Shown: piece after piece, positions 23,521-36,349 of the stretch
Position numbering within the stretch: the stretch's first letter is position 1
Layout of the letters: each line of letters opens with the position of its first letter
Position numbers and translations under genes: made by a program
DNA from: Vicugna vicugna
Lineage: Eukaryota
Direction of reading: 5' to 3'
Length of the DNA: 64,000 bases
Assembly (NCBI GenBank): GCA_013265495.1
Contig: MU058337.1
Coordinates: 1,542,777 to 1,606,776, forward strand
Notes under the pieces: generated by a model
The model's database searches: none
Told to the model about the DNA's origin: nothing
What the model saw: only the letters and a program-made list of their open reading frames with translations

Positions 23521-24974
23521 TTATTACCGTTGCTGTATTTCCACGCAGCAGAAAGATACAAACATTTACTCAGTCCTTACTGACACAGTAGTTTCTGGTG
23601 CGCAACATAATGGCGTTTAAAACCATAGCCCAGGATGAAAGCTTTGGCTTCCTTATATTCCTCATTTCAGGGAAGCCGTTAACAATCGCACTTACAATGC
23701 CTAACAGTAAATTAGCAGCTCCCGTGGGGTTTGTCTTAATAATCTTTACCAATTTACAACTGACACCATTTCCCAATCGTCTATTATTAGCACAATATGC
23801 CAATGAAAAGAATGTTGGCAAGCCTTGATTTTATAGAAACCACAAGTTCCATCTCAGTTATGAAGGCCTCCCCCAACGCCTCCCCCAGCTCTGTTTTGTG
23901 TAATGAACTTCAGGGCAGCTGGAGGCGAGGCTCCAGGATTCGGCTTCATCACTCACACTTGAGGTGGGACCAGGCCTGGGCCTGAACTCCATCACCGTGG
24001 GGCCTGCACGTGCCCGGCGAGATGGCCGGTGGACGGGGCGCTGGTGCCCCAGGCTGTGTCTGGGAGAAGCCGGGAGTTTCTTGGGAAAGGATCACCGGAA
24101 AGCCAGCAAGAGACAGGGCTCGTCGGCTCAAGGCCACGTGCCAAGGTCCAGGGAAGGCCTGATTCAGAACCAACGCTCTGCCCCCTCCCCAGCCCCCGGC
24201 CCGAGCCCTCACGTGCACCTGAGCAGGGACTGAAATCAAGGCCGTGTACAAATGAGAACAATTTTACCAAAATCTCTGCTGCCTGGTGAGAGCACAAGGC
24301 CTCGTTTCACTTCCAAAAACAGCTAAGCCTGCAGACCCCCCCGGGCACGGGGTAGGGGCGCCCCTGAAGGCCCGGCCTCGGCACTGCCGGGCGGTCACTG
24401 ACACAAGCAGCTGGGCCTCCGTGCCCAGGTGGACAGCACCGCGGGGCCCCTCTCGTGCAGCGGCATCGCCCTGGGCACAGGTGTCATGCGGTGGGGACTT
24501 CGGGGGACACTGGGCCACTCAGCAACAAGGAGCTGGTTCACAGTTATCCCGAGCTGAAGCAGGAAGAACGGTGACGGTCTCCTGATCATCCAGAGGAATC
24601 TAGAAACGCACATCAAACCCTCCCAGGAGCCACACTCACTGAGGGGAGTTTAAACACACTTACGAGGGAGGGAGACCTGCCAGGGAGATAGCGAGTCATG
24701 ATTGGAACATTACCCCCCGCCCCAGAGCAGAAGGATCCCAGACATGCGAGCTACCTTTCCAATCGTCCACGGCCAATGTGAGACCCGGGCAGTCTGGAGG
24801 ATATAACTCAGGAATCTGTGCACCCAAACAGAAAACCAAACCAAGCAAACCTCCATCTTTATTTTCACTAACCTCAGACTGAAACTGAGTACTTCCTTGC
24901 GTTATGCGCAGGAGCATCGTCCTTTGCGGGAGCGACTTTATTCTACGGCCCCCTTTGTTATGTTAGGATGTTGA

Positions 24975-25310
24975 GAAGCAAAGAGACAGGTCGGGGGGTG
25001 GGGGTGGGCAAAACAGGTGAAAGGGGTTAAAAAATACAAGCTTCCAGTTATAAGATAAGTCAGTCCTGGGGAGGAAACGTACAGCCTGGTGACTTTATAG
25101 TTAATAATACCGTGTAGCATATGGGGAAGTTGGTGAGAGAGGAGATCTTAGAAGGTTTCACCACAAGGAAAAAAAACCTTCATAACTGTGTGTGGTGATG
25201 GGCGGTAACCAGATTCATTCAGGTGATCATTTCACAACATAGACAAATACTGAATCATTACATTGCACACCTGAAACTAATACAATGTTATATGTCAATT
25301 ACATCTAAAA
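24975..25310 (+). mobile_element. L1MA-type 3'UTR fragment
   Basis: cttccagttataagataagtcagtcctgggga...acacctgaaactaatacaatgttatatgtcaatt; same 3'UTR type as 27470-27800. Confidence 0.8.
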
Positions 25311-26344
25311 GAGAGAGAAGTCGGCTTGGTCAGATAAGTTATTTCTAGAAAGATTGGCTGAGTCAAGGAGCAGGCAGGGAGCAGGAGCTTTGGTAGCCAG
25401 GAGTCAGGACCTTCTAGGTCCAAGCTGAGATGGAAACACACCAGACCTCAGAAATGGAGATGAAGGGGAGGGGGTCAAACAGCAGCTGGGAACCCAAAGC
25501 CAGAGTGAGACCAGGAGACGTGCACGCGGAGCCTGGGGTTTAAGGGGAGGCCGGCGCCTCACCTGTCACTTCCCACACTCCGGGCACAGGGGACTCAGTT
25601 CCAGGCGGGGCGGTGAAACCAGCCCAACTCCAGACCCGGCCGGGCCCCACCCTCTGGCCACAGAGGCTGCCTCCTGTAGGGACACGCGCATGCTCCTTAG
25701 AGAAGGAGGAGGAGCCAGGTGCCCATTTTCAAGAAGGCTGTTCACAGCTGAGAAGGACTGATGTCTGCCCACAAGAGGCAGTAAGAGGGGTTTACCAGTT
25801 TTTGAGCCAAAGACCCCTCTAGCAATCTGGTGAAGCTTAAGGATCCCTATTGAGAACGGTATTTTAAAACCCATACCATGAAAACACAGGAACCAATCAG
25901 GTGGAAATAGAGTTACCAAAGAAAACCAAATACCAAGAGATATCAAGAGTTATCAAAATAAGAGGATGGTTGTGACATAGCAATACCAGTGCCTCCTCAT
26001 TAACTCGTTGAACAGCAAGAGCTGCATGTAACTCGGAAGCCGTGATGAGTGGCGATGACATTTCGAGGTATTTGCCCAACCTCCGATGCGCTGGGAAAAC
26101 AGCTCCATTTTCCACCAGTGACAAAGTGACACTTTATGTCACACATTCTTTCAGGGGAAGGATGGCGTGTTTGCCTGCTTCCAGAACAGCACGGCGCTTA
26201 CAGCAGGCCGTTCACAGGAAGGCAGCGTTCACTGATGCCGCTGGTGCACTGAGTCGCGTCAAACGCCCCATCTTCCGAGGAGGAATGTTACTGTACAGTA
26301 ACACTAAAAATGGCTGGAACGTTCTGTTTCTGTTAAGAGTAAGA

Positions 26345-27800
26345 CTCTCAAAACTATACAATAGACAAAGAACTGTCTCTTCAATAAATGGTGCTGGGAA
26401 AGCTGACAGTTACACGCAAAAGAATCAAACTGGACCACTGTCTCGCACCATGTACAAAAATCAGGCCCAAGTGGATTAAAGACTTGAACGTAAGACCTGA
26501 AACCATGAAACTCCTAGAAGAAATCCTAGGTGGTAAGCTCCTTGACATCGATCTTGATGATGATTTTTTGGGGGTCTGACACCAAAAGCAAAGGCAACAA
26601 AAGCAAAAATAAGTGGAAACACATCAAATGGCAAAGCTTCTGCACGGTAAAGGAAATCATCAACAAAATGAAAAAGCAAACCACTGAACAGGAGAACGTA
26701 TCTGCAAATCATATATCTGATAATGGGTTAATATCCAAAATATATAAAGAACTCACACAACTCACTAGCAAAAAACAAAACAGTCCAATTAAAAAATGGG
26801 CAGAAGATCTGAGTAGACACTTTTCCCAATTAAGACATACAGATGTCCAACAGGTGCCTGAAAAGATGCTCAACATCATTAATCAGCAGGGAAATGCAGA
26901 TCAAAACCACAGTGAGATAGCACCTCACGCCTGTCAGAATGGCTATTATCAAAAAGGCAAGAAATAACAAATGTTGGTGAGGATGTGAAGAAAGGGGGGC
27001 TCCCACTGTTGGTGGGAATGTAAATTGGTGCAGCCACCATGGAAAACAGCCCAAAGGCTTCTCAAAAAGTTAAAAATAGAACCACCACATGATCCAGCAA
27101 GTCCACTCCTGGATTATTTATCTGAAGAAAATGAAAAAAATAACTCAAAAAGATACATGCACCCCCATATTCATGGCAGCTTTACTGACAACAGTCAAGA
27201 CTGGAAACAACCTAAATGTCCATCAGTGAAACTGTGGTGTATATACATAAAGAAACTGTATATATATACACACATACACACACATATATATGGAATACTA
27301 TTCAGCCATAAAAAAGATGAGATCTTTCCATCTGTGACAACATGAATGGACCTTGAGGGTGTTATGCTAAGTTAAATAAGTCAGACAGAGAAAGACAAAT
27401 GCCTTATGATCTCACTTATATGTGGCATCTAAAAACAAAAAACCCCTAAGTTTATAGATACAGAGAACAGACCGATGGCTGCCAGAGATGGGTGGGGTGA
27501 GAGAAGTGGGTGAGGGGAGTTAAAAGGTACAAACCTCCAGTTATGAAATGAAAATAAATAAGCCCTGGGGATGTAACGTACAGCCTGGTGACTATGTTGC
27601 GTATTTGAAAATTGCTACGAGAGTAGATCTGAAAACTTCTCATCACGAGGAAAAAAACTTTGTGTAACTACAGATGGTGACAAATGTTAACTAGACTGAC
27701 TGTGGTAATCATTGCAAACTGTATACTGATATCAAATCATTGTGTTGTACGCCTGAAACTAATTTGACACTGTATGTCCAACATACCCCAGTGTAAATAA
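26345..27800 (+). mobile_element. L1MA-type element: frameshifted ORF2 C-terminus plus 3'UTR
   Basis: ORF pieces [47 protein letters not shown]...[14 protein letters not shown] and VQPPWKT...[17 protein letters not shown] are decayed L1 ORF2. Confidence 0.93.
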
Positions 27801-27834
27801 TTATCAGCAATAAACAGACCATGGGCTTTACTGC

Positions 27835-28040
27835 CTGACTGAGCGCTGCAGCCCCAGCTGAGCTACTCACTCCCTCTGTGACCAGAGAGGAGCCCCTTTC
27901 CCTCCCGAGCCTCGGTTCCCCCTTGGGTCACACAGGGCCCCTTCGAGAATCGTTATGAAGAGCTCACGAGACTATGCTCCGAGGTGCTTAGCACGCAGCT
28001 GGGCACCTGCGACACACCCAGTATGACTTACTGTTTTATT
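27835..28040 (+). mobile_element. MIR SINE
   Basis: ccccagctgagctactcactccctctgtgacc...gagcctcggttcccc...gtgcttagcacgcagctgggcac follows the MIR layout. Confidence 0.6.
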
Positions 28041-28146
28041 GTCTACTAGTCAGGTAGTAAGCACACACTGCACAGTGAATGAGCAAGAATTCAAGGGGAC
28101 TGTAATTTGCTTGTAAATTACTATGTGGGCAGAGAGGGTCTCTCTA

Positions 28147-28266
28147 GGGGGGCGGGTTATTGCTCAGTAGTTCAATCCCCAGCACCTCTATTTAAAACAA
28201 ACAAACAAATGAACCTAATTACCTGCCCTTCAAAAACGGTTTTTAAAAAAATAAAAAAATAAAATA
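28147..28266 (+). mobile_element. Internally deleted Vic-1-type SINE
   Basis: gggcgggttattgctcagtag joined directly to ttcaatccccagcacctc; same tail (aaacaaacaaatgaacctaattacc). 15-bp TSD at 28115-28129 / 28267-28281. Confidence 0.8.
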
Positions 28267-28904
28267 AAATTCCTATGTGGGTGTTATACATAAATGGACT
28301 TAACTAAATTCACATTAGCGTGTTCATAGCAGGAACGTCAGCAGGGTGAGTGGTCCTCAGGCTCAGAGGGAAGGGAATTCAAGGAAGGGAACCTCAGAAA
28401 ACATCAGAGACTTGGGGGGGGTCAAGCTGTGAATCCTGGGGCATCGGGGAAGTATTTGAGGTCAGCGCACTACTAAGCAGAACAGAAGAGCAGCAGCACC
28501 GGTCACTGGCATAACTGCAGCTAAGAGACATTTTATTTTTCAATGAAAATATTTTCTTTGGAAATAGGAAAAGTGATGCTTGAAAAGATAACGAATTAAC
28601 CATTTCCAAGTCAATTCACTTTAACATATTCAAAGCAAAAAGTGTTTTTCTTTGACTTTCCTCAAAAGAATTCATGAAACTAGAAAGCTGGGCATAAACA
28701 GCAGGGAACAAACTGAACCCCCCCCCTTACTTCCTGACAGTCACAGAGGTAAGCCATCCAAAAACATAAACAGCAGTAACATAGGAGAGATGCAATGCTG
28801 GCTTTTGTTTGTGTTTGTTTTCATTGTGCTTGTAATCAATAAGGTTTTCTTTGCAACTAAATAAACCAGGTTGGTAACCACTAGTTTGGTCTAAACGGCT
28901 CTTT

Positions 28905-30545
28905 TCAAAACTAAACTTGTATGCAGAGACAATAAACCCAGAACAGCCAACACAGTATTTAAGGAGGAGAATGAATCGGAGAACTGACACCACCTGACAT
29001 CAGGACTTACCACGAAGCCTAGCAATCAAGCCTTCCTGTTGAAAGAATAAGCAAAACAGCGGAACAGAGAGCCCATTCGACCCACAGAAGCAGCCAGCTG
29101 ACCTGTGACAGAGGAACAGTGGGGATGCAACAGAGAAAAGACAGTCCTTCCAACAAAGGGAACAGCTGGACATGCACATGCGGAAAAACCAAGTTAGCCC
29201 CAGATCCTACACTTGTCACCCACATTAACTCAACATGGGTCACAGACATTAATGTGAAGCTCAAGGCCATAAAACTCCTAGAAGATAACACAGGAGAAAA
29301 CCTGGATGACCTCGCAGATGGCAACGACGTTTTAGATACAAAACTAAAGGCATAATCCATAAAGAAATAATTGATAACGTGGACTTCATTAAAATTTTAA
29401 ATTCTGCTTTATAGAAGACACGCTCAAGGGAATGAAAAGACAAGCCACAGACTTGGGAGAAAATATTTGCAAAGGGCATATCTGATAAAGGACTGTTATC
29501 CAAAATACACAAAGAACTCTTAAAGCTCAACAATAAGAAAATAAATAATTTGATTAAAAAATGGGCCAAAAACTTTAACAGATACCTCACCAGAGAAGAT
29601 ATACAGATGGCAAATAAGCACATGAAACTGTGCTCCGCATCAGTGTTATCAGGAATAAGTAGATTAAAACAAGGAAATACCATTACATACCCTTCAGATG
29701 GTCAAAATCCAAAACACTGACACCACCAGGTCCTGGTGCGGATGTGGAGCAACAGAAACTCTCATGCGTGGCTGATGGGAACGCAAACTGGTGCAGCCAC
29801 GTTGGAAGACACTTCAGAGGTTTCTTAAATACACTCAAACTATCCTATCCAGCAACTGGCTCGTTGGTATTTTTCCAGAGGAGGGTGGAAAACTTACGTT
29901 CACACAAAAACCTACACCTGGTTTTTTACAGCAGCTTTCTAACTGCCCAAACTTGGAGAACCAAGATGTCCTTCAGTCAGTGAATGGAGAAACAAGGTAC
30001 AGTCCATCCAGACAATGGAATATTATCCAGTAATAAAAAGAAACGAGCTACCAAGCCATGAAAAGACGGAACAGAATCTTAAACGCATCTTACTAAGTGA
30101 AAGAAGCCAATCTGAAAAGGCTGCACACTGCACAATTTCAACTACATGACATTCTGGGAAAAGGCACAATTACAAGGACAGTGAAAAGACCTGTGGGAGG
30201 TGGGGGATGAAGAGGTGGAGCATAAAGGAATCTCAGGGCAGTGAAAATGCTCTGTGTAACACTGACATGATGGATACCTGTCATCTTACACATGTTCAAA
30301 CTCACAGGACGTACAACACTAAGAGTGAACCCTACTGTTAACTGCAAACTTTGGGTGGTGGTGATGTGTCCATGCAAGTGCCTCCACGGTAACAGAAGTC
30401 TCACTCTGGCGAGGGCTGTTAATGACAGGGAGGCTATGCTTGTGAGGGGAAAGGGGTTTTATCAGCAGTCTTGCTTGGTACCTTTCCCTTAAATTTGCCG
30501 TAAACCTAAAGCCGCTCAAAAATAAATTAATAAATAAAAAAATAA
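28905..30545 (+). mobile_element. L1MC-like element: decayed ORF2 3' part, 3'UTR and A-rich tail
   Basis: ORF piece INSTWVTDINVKLKAIKLLEDNTGENLDDL; 3'UTR aagagtgaaccctactgttaactgcaaactttgggtg; tail aaaaataaattaataaataaaaaat. Confidence 0.9.
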
Positions 30546-30804
30546 AGTTTAATAAAAAAGAATGGAATTTACCGTTTCTTTTAGACCATTCTCCTTGAGT
30601 TTTTCCCCATTTCTGCCAGAGGTTTTAATATTCTTGTAGTCATCTAGGCTCAAAACTGTAGTCAAAGGACCGCACAAGGAAGCAAACACAAATCCACAAT
30701 GGGACGGCCTTCTGCAGGCGAGGGGCTGGGATTCCCACACAAGTCAATGAAATGAACAAAGCGAATGAACAAACAAAAACCAGTGAGGATGGCTCTGGAT
30801 GACA

Positions 30805-31170
30805 TGTGACTTACAGGTCATAACAACCAAATGCACTGTGTCGACCTTGTTTGGACCCTGATTTGAATAACTCAACTGTAAAAGGGCATTTTTGAGACCA
30901 CAGGGAAATCTGCTTATGGACTGGGCGTTATGACTCAAGGGACCACTGTTGATTTCGGGGGCATATAAGAGAACCAGCGTGCTTGTCAGAGACGCCAAAG
31001 TGTGGTGATCTGCTCTTTGGGATTTTCTATAAAATACTGAGCAAAGAAAAAAAGTGCAAATAAAGCAAACATGACAGAATCTTGATAATTATTAAATTGG
31101 TGAAGTGAGTGTGAAAGTTCATTATATTATTCGATTTTAGGTTCTGTATGAAAAATTATATAATTAAAAA
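30805..31170 (+). mobile_element. Old L1M 3'UTR fragment
   Basis: ataacaaccaaatgcactgtgtcgaccttgtttggaccctgatttgaa...catttttgagaccacagggaaatc. Confidence 0.65.
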
Positions 31171-33851
31171 ATTTGTTAATTCTTTGATTTTTTCCCCCTC
31201 TGTTCAAATACTTCCCATGCTCTATCAAACCTGATGCCCTAAAAGCCTGGCCATTTGCCCTCGCCTCTCGTCTTTCACTCCTGTGCCCCAATTCTGTCCC
31301 TCCTGGACTTGTCTAGCCTGGGGCCAGCTGGGGTCCATCCCTCCTCCGCTGGGCCCCTGTCCCACCTCTGTCTGGGAGCCCAGCAAGGCCCAGCTACCAT
31401 CTCCTCTATCTTCTTCAGAAGGAGAAAAACAAACTTAAACTCAATCAAACACACAGAGACTAATTTTCTCCATGTTCAGGGTTTCTGTATGTAAAATCTG
31501 GTCTTGACTCAAGTGACAGAAGCTGGAGAGCTCACCTTAACCTCAGAAAGCGAAACTACTCTTTGAAGTTGTTGCTTTTCCCCGTAGTTTGCCCGCAAAA
31601 CCAAGAGCTGAATAATCACGTGTCACTGAGATCAGTGTGGAGGACAGTCCAGCCTGAGCCCTCTTTGGAGCTATTAGCAGGTGCTCCGATTACTCAGGGT
31701 CTCTCCCTATGCCTGCCCGGTGCTCCCTCTGCACACAGCCTGCAAGAGGAGGCCCAGAGACGTGAGTGGAGTGGTTCAAAAGCTTTCCTGGGGCCAAGTC
31801 AGAAGTGTGAGTTTCTCCATATATTTTTCCAGGACCGGCATCCAGGCCATTATGAAGATCAGAGTCATTTCTCTGCGGTAAAATCATCTCGTGTGGTGGC
31901 GATGCCCTAACGTGGCTGGTACCAAGGGCTGGACTGTCACTTGCAGGCAGATTTCAATGAAAACTCCCTGCCTTTCCTGTGCCCACTGGATGATGAGATC
32001 TCTAGAAGTAGAGTACCTGTGAAGCTGCCCACACACCTGCAGGGAACCAGTATCCCCTCTGCGGAAACTGAAGGATTGCCTGCACCTCCATCGCACGTGT
32101 GTTGAAAGTGCAAACGTGCTTCCTGCCTCCAGTTTGGTTTCCTGAAGAAAGGGGAGCTCCGACTATCCCCGGCTGTGTCTCCCAGGCACCGTATAAAAAG
32201 ACAACTGAAAAGAATCATGTCATTCATTGGTAGGTTTTTTTTTTGCAATTCACCTACATTTTCCAGTCAAAAGTGTATTTTGTCTTGAATCCCAAGCTAC
32301 CAAGGTGTCAACTTGATTCCTTCAGAATGAGACATACAGGGAAGGGTCAGGGAACCATATTTAAGATCGAGACACAGAATGGTGCATTTTCAAGTTTGGT
32401 AGAGAAGTCAGGTCTGAACTTACCCTCTTTTATTCTGGCCACATTCCCCGTCCCCGGAGGCAGGAGTTTCAGGGCCTTTAGCCCCATCAGGGCCCCGCCC
32501 TGCACCCCTCCGCCCAGTTCCTCTCTCTGATCGGCTGTTGTTGTTTACTGTCAACTGCTGTCTCTCTTTCACAGATTTGGCTGTGTCGCCCATCTGAGGT
32601 AGCCGACAGGTGGCCAGCTCGGCGGAGCAAAGTGCTAACTGAAAGTCACTGTCATCACCGGCTCCCAGTGGCCTCCTCCATTAGGTGGATGCTTCTGACG
32701 ATGTCATCAGCCAAGGCTCAGTCTGGAGAACTGGGGACCTGTGAACCCCGTCTTCAAGTGGGTGGGGGCCTGGCATCTGCTGCAAAGCTGGGAGGTTGGC
32801 ACATGCCTGAGGCCACTCAAAATCTGGCCTTTTCACTCGCGATCTAATTCCAATAGTGAGGAAAACGCTTTGATTGAAAACTGTGTCTCTCTGCCGAACT
32901 GTTTACTGAGGTGGCTGGGTTTGTCTATGGAGATAATTTGGGGGCAAGTTAAAAGAAGTCCTCCATGTGTTACCCGTGGGCTCCAACTCCTGTTTGGCTT
33001 CTAAAAGAACAGCTCTGAAAGGCCCGAAAAGGGAAAGGTTGAAGGTACCCCCTCCCCACCCGCAGAGGAGAGATGCCAGCCCAGTAAAGGGCAGGTCACG
33101 GGGGTCACTGGAGATAATGGAATTTCAAAAACATTGTAAAGGAGCTGTCAGCCCGGACACGCTGAGGGGGAATGAGGTCCGATCCCAGCAATGTGATGTC
33201 CAGGAGTAATGCAATGATGGGTCTATTTCACACAATGGACCTGTCAAGAAAAATAGTGTCCCTTCAGAGGCAGCTTGGAGAGCTCTCCTCAGTGGCCTTC
33301 AAAGTATCGATTTTCAGGTGCTAAGTGGTAATTAAAGTTAGCAAGTTATAGTAGCATCCAGTGAAATGAGATCATGTCAAAGACCACAGAAGGGGTCAGG
33401 GTTAGCGCTCGTTCCCATGGACGGAACATTCCAACCCCCTGATACGTACAACACTGAAGGACACTTCCAGGCTGAGAAGGGGAAGCCTCTTTTTATCTCA
33501 CCGGAACGCTCCGTTCCTGCGGCTGAAAGTCTCCCTTGAGGGAAGGGTCTCCTTTAATCTTTATTTATCTTTAATACTCAGATAAATGGTTCCTTGTTGA
33601 AAAAAAATTCTTCATTGAGTCTTCAATTTTTTTCTTTACGTTCAATGGCAGAACATTGTTTTCCTCCAAATGGACTAATATGCTTCCTTTATTTGGTAGT
33701 TAAGCCACACGTACTAATTCATCATCTTTCTCCCTCCTGCCCTTTTTTTTCCTGGCCGTGGTTTCTGTGATGCTGAGAACTGTTAAAAGCACCGCTGGAA
33801 TACCTATGGGTCAGCCTTAGGTTTTTTGGTACAATTCTCCCCCACCCTCTT

Positions 33852-33972
33852 TTGCGGGGGGTATAGGTAATTTGGTTTTACTTATTTATTTTTAGAGGAG
33901 GTACTGGGGATTGAACCCTGGACCTTGTGTATGCTAAGCATGTGCTCTACCACTGAGCTATACCCTCCCCCA
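33852..33972 (-). mobile_element. tRNA-derived camelid SINE (Vic-1 type)
   Basis: Reverse complement of the element at 22137. Perfect 15-bp TSD CTCCCCCACCCTCTT at 33837-33851 and 33973-33987. Confidence 0.9.
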
Positions 33973-36349
33973 CTCCCCCACCCTCTTCATTAGTGGATTT
34001 TTTTCATTTTATGCTTCTTGTTCTAATCATTTTACTATATCTGTGCATTTCTTCTAAGTTTTTGTTTCAGAAAATAATTAAAAGTAGATGAGCTAAATGA
34101 ATCCACAAGTAGAATAATTAAGCAGTAAGAGATGAGTACAAATTCACCTGGTGGTCAGCCCAGGCCCTGCCTGGGAGGCTCTGCCGAGGGAGGGACGGGT
34201 CTAGCGGCCAGTGGACCAGCATGGCTGCTGATGGGAAGGCTGTTTGTTTTATCGAAGAGTCAAAGAAGAGAGATGAAAGCCAGAGGCAAGAGGAGAGCTG
34301 AGGTCACAGACTAAGAGAAGGTGGATCATGCATCAAATTGGAATGACAAGGAAAGGTATAAACAGAGATTACACCAAGAGAGCAGTAGCAAAGGAGGCTG
34401 CAGACGTGGAGCGGGGAACCAGGTGCACGCTAAGTGACATTTGACAGTTGGGGAACTAAATCTTCCACGTGAGGCACTCAGTTGGGTCTTTCTTTTATGG
34501 AGACCAGGCCAGATAACATCTGTATAATATCCTCCTGCTGGCTGGTCAGAGAAACAGGCCCCGGGGCCAACAGGAGGCAGAAGAGAGGGGCTGGAGGGTC
34601 ACATGGGCCGCAGGGCTGGGTGGACGGGGCAGCGCATACCCCGCCTACTGGAGCCGCCAGTTCCTCCAGCCTGCTGGTACCTGTGGGAGCTCAGAGTTGC
34701 CAGGAAGATGAGTTTTTATAGGAACGCTCTGAGTTATTATTAAATGTTGCCTTGAATTTATGAAACTGTGCCAGTCAAAAAAAAAATAACAATAAAAAAA
34801 ACATGTCTGTGGACTGCATATGGCCTCCGGGCCGCCTGTTTGCATCGCAAAATTACAGAGCTCTGTTTTAGAGTCAAAAGAACCCAAGTTCAATCAGCAC
34901 TGGCTGGCTGTTTGACCGCGGGTAAGGACAATGGGAGCCCACACCACCTGGGAGTCCTCCTTATCTGTACCTGTCCCTTGGTTTTTCTCAATAGCGTAAA
35001 TTGCTTTTCCATCTGTTTACATCCAGCACGTGAGGTCTGGGGAGTCAGATACTGTGGTTTACATTTTTTTGAGGCTCCCTTTCAGACACTATAACTAACA
35101 CCTAAGAGCTTAACAAATATGCTTAGTGGACACCTGGCTGAACTTCTAGCAAGCACAGAGCTATTCATTTTTACATCCTTTGTAACTTAGCTTCTTCCAC
35201 GTGATAGCACCACACTGTAACTTGCAATTTTGAGCGGTCTCAGTAACTTCTCCTCATTTCTAATTCTTCATGTTCTAATTAGGTTATTTTCTTAAATAAG
35301 TCCTAGCTGTACAACCTTTCAAGTGATCCTTTTAAATTATATTAAATAAAATACTAAACTGTAAAATCCTCGCTTACTAAAAAAAAAAAGATATGACAAA
35401 ATGTGTTGTGACATCCGGAGACGGTTGAACGGTTACACACCTCTGCAAATGGGAAATCACAAGGCTTAAAAAATTTGCCGAAGGAAGTTTTCCAGGTATA
35501 CAGACCACTTCTTATTGTTCTCCTGATGTAGAAGGTTGGACTTTTCCCCGCTTTCATCTGCTACGTGCGGTGATGACAGGAAATCGCCGTTCTTCTGTTC
35601 TGACAAAAGACATTCAAAACGCTAGGACAGCATAGCATCTCGGCGTCGTGTCAACCCGCTATCCGCTCTGGGCCAGCCTCGGCACAGCCCTAGAGCCATC
35701 CTTCCTTCGTGTACAACGTTTTCATTCATTTAATTTTGCTACAGCCGCTACCCCCAGTGCTTGTCTTCATTCTGAAAATGCGCATCGCAGGACAGGCATG
35801 GTTATGATAGCACGGTGGGCACACCGTCTTAGTGGGTTCTGACAACAAAAGTTTGTATCTCATTCCTGCTTTGTGTCCTTTTGGGGTGGCTGAAGCTCTG
35901 CTCTCCTCACTCTGGGCCCCGCAGTGAAGCAGCAGCCCCTGGAAAATCACTGGGCAGACAGTGGAGAAAGACCCGGGGAGCCAGGGGCTGGCTCCTAGAA
36001 CTTCTGCTTGGAAAGGAAGCACAACACTCTTTATCTACTTTCCGTTGGCAAACGTGCACGGGGTCAGTGACGCACAATTCTCCCACCGTGAGGGCCCCGC
36101 ACAGGGGCCACCAGAACATTCCACCAGCAGTAACTTGAGCGGCTCTCTGTGTCTGGTGGCGTCTTCCCTCGGTCCAGCCAATCACTTACAAACACGCTGC
36201 TCTCAGTCACTAGGAATCCCTAGGGTTTGGCCAACTGAATGGCCAAACTCCCTTTTTATTGGGAACCTCTCCAAAATACTGATGTATTTTGCTGGGAAGA
36301 TGGACTGACTCAGTATCTTTAGAGAGCAAACTGGTAATTGCTGCTAAAG

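Noticed and set aside
24975..27800. Similarity between 24975-25310 and 27470-27800 suggesting a local duplication
   Set aside because: Both are diverged copies of the same L1MA 3'UTR with unrelated flanks.
26042..30033. ORFs of 100-145 aa
   Set aside because: They are frameshifted L1 ORF2 remnants or antisense L1 frames, not genes.
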